A stretch of 64,000 nt of DNA from Candidatus Poribacteria bacterium (GTDB taxonomy: Bacteria > Poribacteria > WGA-4E > PCPOR2b): assembly GCA_022822005.1 (NCBI GenBank), contig JAJECO010000023.1, positions 29,904-93,903 of the forward strand, written 5' to 3'. A program made the position numbers and the translations under genes. The notes under the pieces were generated by a model. The model was not told where the DNA came from. It worked only from the letters and a program-made list of their open reading frames with translations, and ran no database searches. Shown here one piece after another: positions 56,820 through 64,000 of the stretch (position 1 is its first letter; each line of letters opens with the position of its first letter).

Positions 56820-57890
56820 ATGTTATCCAAAATCTATCTCTGCCTTGGCGTCGGAACTCTGCTCATTGCTACCCTCGGTTGCCAGCCCCAAACGTTGCAA
56901 AGTCCGCTCTTTGAACCGCCTCCAGAACTCATCAACTTCGCCCTCCTCAGCGAGGGGGCAGCCGCTGCTGCCTCACAACACCTCCCCAATCACCTACCCG
57001 AAGAGGTCATTGATGGGGACACCTCTTCAGAAACGTGGGATGAAGGTAGCGGTTGGGAGTGTACCTTGGAACATCTGCGCACATCAGATATAAATAGGCG
57101 ACCGTTTGTACGAATCGACCTTTCCGAGCCCATCGATATCCGACGAATTGTTATGTACACAATCGATTCCGAAAAATATCCTGCTATAAAGTACGGCCTC
57201 AAAGACTACCGCATCGAATATTGGCACGGAACAGGCTGGGGGTTGATTCCAACAGGCGATACGAAAGACAGACAGTATACAGCGAGGGATAACACCAAAG
57301 GGAAAAGAGTCCACGACATTCGCGGTAAACTGTTTGCTAGACACATCCGCCTTGTGCCTGTATCCACAAATGACACAGAACGAATTTATCAGTATATGTC
57401 GCGGGAAAAACCTGTCTATGAAGTGAAAGGACGGGCGCGGGTCATGGAATTAGAGGTATGGGGATACCCAATAACAACCGGTCAGACAGCGCAAAAGTTG
57501 GCACAAGCACTCGCACCACAGGCAGAGGTTCCACCAAGTGACGAGGAATTGATCAAGATGGTGTTAAAGCAATATGAGGAAGGATACGACAACGCAGATC
57601 TTGAGAAAGTCATGTCTTGCTTCTCGCTGAACTATAATTCCAATGGGCGGACATACAGTGATATCCGGGCAAGAGCTGCCGATTTTCTCGAAATGCATCA
57701 CCAGATCAACATGACGCTAACAGAAATCAACAGCCACCGGAATGTCATTGATGATACTGTTGTCGTCAATGGAATCTATACACTCCAGTATACACCGAAA
57801 GACAAAGGAAAAGCCAAACAGACTTCTGGTGCCCTTTCGTTGGTTTTAACAAACATGGAGGAGGGGTGGAAAATTATCCGCGCGAATTAA
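56820..57890 (+). CDS. lipoprotein with a discoidin (F5/8 type C) domain and a C-terminal NTF2/SnoaL-like domain
   Basis: LGC lipobox. VIDGDTSSETW...ARHIRLV...ELEVWGY discoidin signature. Confidence 0.5.
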   Translation: MLSKIYLCLGVGTLLIATLGCQPQTLQSPLFEPPPELINFALLSEGAAAAASQHLPNHLPEEVIDGDTSSETWDEGSGWECTLEHLRTSDINRRPFVRIDLSEPIDIRRIVMYTIDSEKYPAIKYGLKDYRIEYWHGTGWGLIPTGDTKDRQYTARDNTKGKRVHDIRGKLFARHIRLVPVSTNDTERIYQYMSREKPVYEVKGRARVMELEVWGYPITTGQTAQKLAQALAPQAEVPPSDEELIKMVLKQYEEGYDNADLEKVMSCFSLNYNSNGRTYSDIRARAADFLEMHHQINMTLTEINSHRNVIDDTVVVNGIYTLQYTPKDKGKAKQTSGALSLVLTNMEEGWKIIRAN

Positions 57891-57944
57891 CCAACATAAG
57901 CACTATCACAATCTTGTTATATCATTCTGGCTCACGAATCCCTG

Positions 57945-59201
57945 TCATTGGCTGGCGTATTCACCCGCTCGGTATACATTAAGGACATCGTCAACCGAAA
58001 GGGTGTCGGGGAACCACGAAACAATTTTACACAGCACCTCATCCAGCAACGCATCAGGACAAGAAGCCCCCGCGGTCAAGATAATGTCAACGGGCCTGTC
58101 ATCAGAAGAACTTATCGGAAGCCAATCGGTCGTTTCGCACACAACTTTTGCATGAATGTCCCAGTGACGGATAGACCGGGGTGATTCAATCTCCCCGGCG
58201 TCGCGGACGAAGTACGTCGGCATTTTAGCCTCACACAACTCGACAAGGTGGCTCGTGTTGGAGGAATTGTACCCGCCCACCACCAAGGCTAAGTCGCCAC
58301 GATCTTCGATGAGAGTGAGCGTCGCATCCTGATTTTCTTTGGTAGCGTAGCAGAGCGTATCCTTGGTATCGGCAAAATGTTCGTCAATATATTCCTCGCC
58401 GTAGCGATCTACCATCGCCTGCCGAAGCAGGTCTGCGATCGCCTGTGTCTCGGTCGCTAACATCGTCGTTTGATTGACAACACCGATACGTTTCAGGTCA
58501 CGGTCCGGCTCAAATCCGGGCGAATAACTATCCGCGAAATACTCCAAGAAAAACTCCCGACCAGCCTCTCCGCATATCACCTTAGCAAGGTTTTTCGCTT
58601 CAACCAGATTCAGCACAACCACCACGGGTGCGCCCGATTTCGCATGAGAGAATGTCGCGCGTGTTTCCTCGTGGTAGCGTTTGCCGTGTACCACGATTGT
58701 GTAATCTTGCCTGCCAATTTCCTCACTTTTTTTCCACACCTTCTCCACAAAGGGACAGGTCGTGTTGTAAGCGTAGGGATTGATGCCACGCTCATTCAGT
58801 TTAGCCTGTATTTCCAGCGTCGTCCCAAAGGCAGGTACAATAACTACATCGGCGGGCATTAATTCATCGAAAGGAATCAATTGCTTCCCAGACGTTTCGC
58901 AGAGGAATCGTACACCTCGTTCGCGAAGATCCGTATTGACATGAGGGTTATGAATCATCTCAGATAGCAGGAAGATTCGCTTATCCGGATTCTCCTCCAG
59001 TGCCCGGTAGGCAATTTCGATTGCGTTCTCCACCCCGTAGCAAAATCCAAAGTGACGTGCAATCTTGAAACGCACCGGACCAAAGTCCAAGACAGAAGGG
59101 GCAAGGTCGCGTTTGCGAGGATCTGTCACCCGGCGGGCTTGTTTCACAACAGAAATGATAGGGCTGCGGTAGAAAAGAGGGACGTTAAATTCTCTCGGCA
59201 T
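57945..59201 (-). CDS. ispH: 4-hydroxy-3-methylbut-2-enyl diphosphate reductase, with N- and C-terminal extensions
   Basis: FGFCYGVENAI and the conserved Cys/His/Glu positions of LytB. Confidence 0.85.
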   Translation of the reverse strand: MPREFNVPLFYRSPIISVVKQARRVTDPRKRDLAPSVLDFGPVRFKIARHFGFCYGVENAIEIAYRALEENPDKRIFLLSEMIHNPHVNTDLRERGVRFLCETSGKQLIPFDELMPADVVIVPAFGTTLEIQAKLNERGINPYAYNTTCPFVEKVWKKSEEIGRQDYTIVVHGKRYHEETRATFSHAKSGAPVVVVLNLVEAKNLAKVICGEAGREFFLEYFADSYSPGFEPDRDLKRIGVVNQTTMLATETQAIADLLRQAMVDRYGEEYIDEHFADTKDTLCYATKENQDATLTLIEDRGDLALVVGGYNSSNTSHLVELCEAKMPTYFVRDAGEIESPRSIRHWDIHAKVVCETTDWLPISSSDDRPVDIILTAGASCPDALLDEVLCKIVSWFPDTLSVDDVLNVYRAGEYASQ

Positions 59202-59244
59202 TGATCGAAGTTCTCACGGTGGGCTGCTTGGGTCAAGGCTTCTG

Positions 59245-59781
59245 CTACTTGTCGGGTATATCCATTTCAATTGGACCTGGGACGAACCTAGGAGGGAGTT
59301 CTATTGTGTCAGTAGGTTTATGATCTGGGATCACATCACGGCGAATGTCAATTATATAGCTTCCCTCTAACGCCATCGCTTGATCAAGAAATTTACGTGA
59401 TAGAACTCCTTCACCTTTGATAGAATAGACATCGGCAAGCAAGTAGTGTGCCTCAACGAAACTCGGGTCAATCTGAACAGCTTTTTTAAATGCTACAATG
59501 GCTTCGTCAACCTTATCTTGCTCTAAGTAGGAAGCCCCAATATTCCTATATATTTTTGCGCGGGGCTCAACTTGGATTGTCTCTTTGAATTCCACAGGGA
59601 ACCTGTCGAGTTCACTCAGTTCAAAGTGGGAAACTCCAGGATTTTTATACACTTCTGTGGAGTCTCGCCTGAAGGCAACCGCTTCTTTTTCCTCCTCTAT
59701 CTGATTACGACCCATCTGTAGATTACAAGCAAACAGAAAACAAGAGATCCCAACAAAAAAAACAATAAACAATGCTTTCAT
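59245..59781 (-). CDS. TPR-repeat lipoprotein
   Basis: FLFAC lipobox and 3 TPR motifs. Confidence 0.5.
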   Translation of the reverse strand: MKALFIVFFVGISCFLFACNLQMGRNQIEEEKEAVAFRRDSTEVYKNPGVSHFELSELDRFPVEFKETIQVEPRAKIYRNIGASYLEQDKVDEAIVAFKKAVQIDPSFVEAHYLLADVYSIKGEGVLSRKFLDQAMALEGSYIIDIRRDVIPDHKPTDTIELPPRFVPGPIEMDIPDK

Positions 59782-59796
59782 TTCGTCGCCTCCCTG

Positions 59797-60804
59797 TCAT
59801 TCGCTAAAGACCTCCGTAATCTCGTCTGTCTCAAAAATAGGGAGTGGGCCACGTTGGCTATTCACCTCTAGCCAGCGACCACCCTCCGGCGGTAATAACT
59901 GACCGATGATTTTGCAAGGAATATTGTGTCCGGCAATCGCCGATACAATCTCATCGCTTTTCGTGGGATCCGCCACAATCAGCAATGCACCAGAGGAGAT
60001 AACCCCTAACGGATTCAGATCTAACTCATTACACAGCTGCCGCGTCTCCTCGGATATGAGTAGTTTATCCTGCCAGACAACCACCCCCAAGTTCGCAGCG
60101 TGTGCAACCTCATGGATGGCTGTCGCAACGCCGCCCTCAGTTGGATCGTGCATTGCATGGACGCCGCCGATTCCAGCAGCAATCAGTGCTTCCTCCAGCA
60201 CCGAAATTCCCGGTGAGGTCAAATAGTCCTTCGCCCGGCTAAGAAAAGCGGGGGAAAACTTTTCCAACAGATCCAACTCACACTCGCGGGCGATGATTGA
60301 CGTGGCTTCAATGCCAAGGCCCTTTGTCAATATTAGATCATCCCCTACCTGCGCCCCCGATGAAAGGATTAGCTTGTCTTTCGCAACTTCACCGAGCATT
60401 TGCCCAATAACAATTGGGCGATCTAAACCGTAAGTAACCTCAGTATGTCCACCACACAGCGTAATATTGAAATGGTCGCATGCAGCGTTAATCTGTTCCA
60501 TAATCCGGCGCACCGATTCTTCGGTCGTTCGGTTTTCCGGCAGAAGTATTGTCGTCAATAGCCATTTTGGAACGGCCCCCATCGTTGCAATATCGTTGCT
60601 GTTAACGCAGATGAGATACCATCCAATCTCATCAGTTGCAAAGGTAATAGGATCTGTCTTAGCAACCAAATATGACTCACCAAAGTCTATTACAGCAGCG
60701 TCCTCCCCAATTTGCGGACCAACAATGACGCGAGTATCCCGATCCGGCTGAGGTAAAAGCCGCTCCAACAGATCAATCTTAAGTTTTCCGAGGGGCAACA
60801 CCAT
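59797..60804 (-). CDS. AIR-synthase-related (PurM/HypE-like) protein
   Basis: GEDAAVI...DEIGWYLICVNSNDIATMGAVP has HypE-like spacing. There is no C-terminal PRIC cysteine and no N-terminal GCGCK of SelD. Confidence 0.5.
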   Translation of the reverse strand: MVLPLGKLKIDLLERLLPQPDRDTRVIVGPQIGEDAAVIDFGESYLVAKTDPITFATDEIGWYLICVNSNDIATMGAVPKWLLTTILLPENRTTEESVRRIMEQINAACDHFNITLCGGHTEVTYGLDRPIVIGQMLGEVAKDKLILSSGAQVGDDLILTKGLGIEATSIIARECELDLLEKFSPAFLSRAKDYLTSPGISVLEEALIAAGIGGVHAMHDPTEGGVATAIHEVAHAANLGVVVWQDKLLISEETRQLCNELDLNPLGVISSGALLIVADPTKSDEIVSAIAGHNIPCKIIGQLLPPEGGRWLEVNSQRGPLPIFETDEITEVFSE

Positions 60805-61197
60805 TGGTGTGAATCCTGTTAAGCAGTGAGGATTTTTCGACCTCTCGCACGCCGTTGAGAGAGAATCTTTCGACCATGCCGCGTAGACATCCGTTTCCGA
60901 AAACCAAACTTATTTTTGCGTTTGCGACGATGGGGTTGATATGTACGCTTCATCAGCACCTGCTCCTAACTAATTTAAATTTTCAAGCAATCAAATCAAA
61001 ACGAGGGAATGATAGTCTATCAGGTTACGATTTGTCAAGCCTTTTCCCTCAAGTAGATAGGATTTTCGGCTTGCGTTTATACCATGTTTCATGATATACT
61101 AAAGTAGGTTCACCTAAGGGAAGAAACTAATTTTAATTCCCTCCGGACTATGGCTGACAGCCTTGGCGATTCCCGTGTTTCTTTTAGGTGAAGAATT

Positions 61198-61228
61198 TGT
61201 GGATAACTTGTGGATAACTTGTGGATAA
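61198..61228. promoter_or_regulatory. three tandem DnaA boxes (TGTGGATAA, the reverse complement of TTATCCACA) upstream of dnaA
   Basis: Perfect 9-mers spaced 11 bp apart, flanked by AT-rich sequence at 60960-61150. Confidence 0.6.
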
Positions 61229-61349
61229 CTTGTGAGTAGACTACACGGTTTTCGCACCTAATGCGCTGTCAATTGCTCTTTTACCTCAATTAATTGCTAT
61301 ATCGCTTAATTTTCCCTCAAGGGACCCTTCAATTATAGGAATTACTACG

Positions 61350-62711
61350 ATGCGGTATACCCCAGATCAAATCTGGTCGAAAATTCTGTCCGAGTTAGGC
61401 GACACCATTCGTGAAGATGTCTATCTGCGTCAAGCTAAACCAATGGCACTCACAGAAAATGAACTAACAGTTTCAGTTCCAAGTGTGTATACACAGGATC
61501 AAATTGCCAGTCGTTTTCTTCCCGATATCAACAGTCTCCTAGAGAAGCAAATCGGCGCAAGTTGCCGACTCAAAATCATTGCTGCACAACCAGACGGAAA
61601 AAGACAGCCTGAACCTTCAGTCTCATCTGCCCCGTCCGCCGCTCCTGAAGCCACCTCTGAAACAGCCCCTGAAACCGAGACAACCCTTAACCCCGAATAT
61701 ACGTTCGACCGGTTTGTAGTAGGAACAGGCAACCGTTTAAGCCATGCCGCATCACTGGCTGTGGCGGAAAATCCAGGGAAAATTTATAACCCGCTCTTCA
61801 TCTATGGCGGCGTTGGATTGGGTAAGACGCACCTTCTGCACGCGATTGGCAACCGGATCCAAGCGGTTCATTCCAAGCAGAAAGTACTCTATATATCTTC
61901 CGAAACCTTTATGAATGAATACATCGACTCTATCATCACTCGTACAACGGCATTTGATTTCCGAAGCAAATATCGGACGGTCGATGTACTCCTTATTGAT
62001 GATATTCAGTTTTTACAACGTAAGGAGGGCACTCAGGAAGAATTTTTCCATACTTTTAATGAGCTTCATCAAAATTCAAACCATATTGTAATGACAAGCG
62101 ACCGACCACCAAAAAACCTTGAAACGGTTGAAGAGCGCCTACGCTCCCGGTTTGAGTGGGGAATGGTTGCAGACATCAGTCCCCCACAATTTGAAACACG
62201 GATCGCTATCCTTCGCCAGAAGTGTGAAGACCAAAACTTGGAAAATGTTCCCGACTCCGTTTTAAGCTATATTGCCGAAGTAATTCAAACAAATATTCGA
62301 GACCTAGAAGGATCGCTTATCCGGGTTGCCGCAGAAGCAAGCCTTTTCAACGAGGAGTTGACAGTCAATTTTGCTCAGAATGTGTTAGATAATGTCGCGA
62401 CACCGCCTCCCCGAATTAATTCTACAGCCATCACAGCAGAAGATATCCAAAAAGCGGTGGCGGCCTATTTTCGACTCAAAATCAGTGACCTTAAATCCTC
62501 TACACGCACAAAAGCGGTTGTTGTTCCCCGACAAATTGCCATGTATCTTTGCCGCCAACTAACCAGCCTCTCCCTAATGGAAATTGCCGCTGCTTTCGGT
62601 AGGCAAGATCATACAACTATTTTACACGCTAACAACCGAATTGAAGAGAGTATCCGAACAGATGCAGAGCTTTACCAAACAATTAACTTTTTAATCGAAG
62701 ATATTCAATAA
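61350..62711 (+). CDS. dnaA: chromosomal replication initiator protein DnaA
   Basis: Walker A GGVGLGKTHL, sensor motifs and the C-terminal DnaA-box-binding HTH. Confidence 0.95.
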   Translation: MRYTPDQIWSKILSELGDTIREDVYLRQAKPMALTENELTVSVPSVYTQDQIASRFLPDINSLLEKQIGASCRLKIIAAQPDGKRQPEPSVSSAPSAAPEATSETAPETETTLNPEYTFDRFVVGTGNRLSHAASLAVAENPGKIYNPLFIYGGVGLGKTHLLHAIGNRIQAVHSKQKVLYISSETFMNEYIDSIITRTTAFDFRSKYRTVDVLLIDDIQFLQRKEGTQEEFFHTFNELHQNSNHIVMTSDRPPKNLETVEERLRSRFEWGMVADISPPQFETRIAILRQKCEDQNLENVPDSVLSYIAEVIQTNIRDLEGSLIRVAAEASLFNEELTVNFAQNVLDNVATPPPRINSTAITAEDIQKAVAAYFRLKISDLKSSTRTKAVVVPRQIAMYLCRQLTSLSLMEIAAAFGRQDHTTILHANNRIEESIRTDAELYQTINFLIEDIQ

Positions 62712-62737
62712 TGGAAACATATTCCTTAAATTGTAAA

Positions 62738-62910
62738 TGTGGATAACTTGTGGATAACTCTGTGGATAACTTGTGGATAGTCTGTGGATTGTTGTGGATA
62801 AATATTGGTCTGTGGACAGATTGTGGATAACTTCACAAGTTATCCACAATCTGTCCACAGGCTTCCAGCCAGTCATGGCGCGGGTTTAGCCCAGTTATCC
62901 ACATATCCAC
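62738..62910. promoter_or_regulatory. oriC DnaA-box cluster (about 11 boxes, including a head-to-head palindromic pair), followed by an AT-rich unwinding element
   Basis: TGTGGATAA x8 head-to-tail at about 11-bp phasing (62738-62830). GTGGATAACTT-CAC-AAGTTATCCAC palindrome at 62823-62848. AT-rich 62919-63000. Confidence 0.75.
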
Positions 62911-63045
62911 ATCCCCTACTACTACTATTAAGTATATATAAATTAATAGATTAAAGAGTAGATAAGGAGTATATAATCACAATTTGTCAAAAAGTATTTA
63001 TGAAGATTTAACTTTGAAACCATAATTTTCTTTAGGAGAAAAAAG

Positions 63046-64000
63046 ATGCAATTGATTTTCACAAAAGAAGATCTGTTTAGATGTATCCAAGTATTACAAG
63101 GTGTAGCTGCTGGAAGGAATACCCTTCCAATATTATCGAATGTCCTAATTCGCGCAACAAATGGACAAATCGAAATTGCAGCTACTGATCTTGAAGTTAG
63201 TATCCAAACCGTCGTTCCCGGTACTATCATTGATGAAGGTACCATTACTGTATCGGCAAGAAAGCTGTCTGAGATTGTACGTGAGTTGCCAGACCAAGAG
63301 ATAAGACTGGCAACAACGGCGAATGATCGAATCGAAATTACCTGTGGAGAAGGCGTTTACAAAATTATCGGACTTCCTGATGATGAGTTTCCAGAACTCC
63401 CTTCAATTACTGGAGCGTTCTTTACAATTGATGGAGAATTGCTCTGTTCGATGATTGAGAAAACCGAGTTCTCTGCTTCTACTGAGGAAACGCGGTATTT
63501 CTTAAATGGGCTTTATTTAGATTTAACACCTGAAATCACCCAAATTGTTGCAACCGACGGACGACGGCTTGCTGTCGCATCAAGTGATACACTCATGCCA
63601 CCTCCAGAGGAACCGATAGGGGTTATCGTTCCACTCAAGGCGGTCCGAGAGATCTCCAAGACCTTTGCGGAATCCGCAGAGGTTAAAGTTTCCTTGCTAG
63701 AAAATCAGATTATTTTCGCTGATGATGACTCTACGTTGACCTCTCGGTTGGTCGAGGGAGAATATCCTAAGTACCAGCAGATTATCCCTAGCGATAATGA
63801 GATTCATCTGACACTTAATGTCGACAAAATGCTGGGCGGGTTGAGGCGAGTAGCACTGTTATCTAACCCAAAGACCTACTCAATTCGTTTGGATATTCAA
63901 GACGGCAAAGTAAGAATCTCTGCCAAGACACCCGAGCTTGGAGAGGCGTATGAAACGGTAGATGTTACAGGCGGTGAAGGGGAGATTCAGATCGCTTTTG
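63046..64000 (+). CDS. dnaN: DNA polymerase III beta sliding clamp (3' end outside window)
   Basis: MQLIFTKEDL...LPILSNVLI...ATDLEV N-terminal domain. GGAGAAAAAAG RBS. Confidence 0.9.
   Translation, partial: MQLIFTKEDLFRCIQVLQGVAAGRNTLPILSNVLIRATNGQIEIAATDLEVSIQTVVPGTIIDEGTITVSARKLSEIVRELPDQEIRLATTANDRIEITCGEGVYKIIGLPDDEFPELPSITGAFFTIDGELLCSMIEKTEFSASTEETRYFLNGLYLDLTPEITQIVATDGRRLAVASSDTLMPPPEEPIGVIVPLKAVREISKTFAESAEVKVSLLENQIIFADDDSTLTSRLVEGEYPKYQQIIPSDNEIHLTLNVDKMLGGLRRVALLSNPKTYSIRLDIQDGKVRISAKTPELGEAYETVDVTGGEGEIQIAF

Noticed and set aside
59797-60804. PurM-superfamily gene considered as selenophosphate synthetase (SelD)
   Set aside because: It has no N-terminal GCGCK / Sec-Cys motif. 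The spacing is HypE-like, but the HypE C-terminal PRIC cysteine is also absent. I annotated it only as an AIR-synthase-related protein.
62738-62910. CRISPR-like regular repeats
   Set aside because: The phased 9-mers are DnaA boxes (TTATCCACA) with 2-3-bp spacers, not 25-40-bp repeats with unique spacers. No CRISPR array or cas genes are present anywhere in the window.

Overview
A 64 kb bacterial chromosomal window of about 50-58% GC that ends at the replication origin. In the last 10 kb, the operon rpsF-ssb-rpsR-rplI-dnaB lies on the minus strand, followed by ispH, dnaA and the start of dnaN. DnaA-box clusters sit on both sides of dnaA.

The first 4 kb is an AT-rich block of six small same-strand genes, which I read as a candidate accessory or defence-type island. 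Its genes are a Cys-Ser-motif protein of unknown family, an Hjc-like protein whose catalytic residues appear degenerate, a winged-helix protein, a GIY-YIG nuclease-domain protein, a membrane-anchored coiled-coil protein and an internalin-type LRR protein.

The middle of the window (5.4-30 kb) is a metabolic region. It is rich in phytanoyl-CoA-dioxygenase (PhyH) paralogues, xylose-isomerase-like TIM-barrel enzymes, cupins, SDRs, epimerases, a DgaE-like SelA-family lyase, a GH32-like hydrolase, a GH88/105 hydrolase and an enolase-superfamily dehydratase. A HicAB toxin-antitoxin pair is embedded in it. Its intergenic spacers are filled with a mosaic of short repeated elements: MITE-like units with imperfect terminal inverted repeats, REP-like hairpins and repeats that flank single genes.

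The most unusual locus is a signal-peptide rhodanese gene (30107-30589) whose catalytic loop is interrupted by two in-frame TGA codons three bases apart. The second TGA aligns with the catalytic-Cys position, and a stem-loop follows immediately. The gene could be a Sec-containing sulfurtransferase, a pseudogene or a sequencing artefact. It sits next to a class I FAD disulfide oxidoreductase and a His/Asp/Glu-rich lipoprotein.

Other genes include a futalosine-type radical-SAM enzyme, an Ldh_2 oxidoreductase, a DUF169 protein, a TPR/DUF3857 transglutaminase lipoprotein, three discoidin-domain lipoproteins, dprA, the conserved run cysS-ispF-ispD-yacL-radA, and a mlaEFD-like transporter. I found no rRNA, tRNA or CRISPR array.
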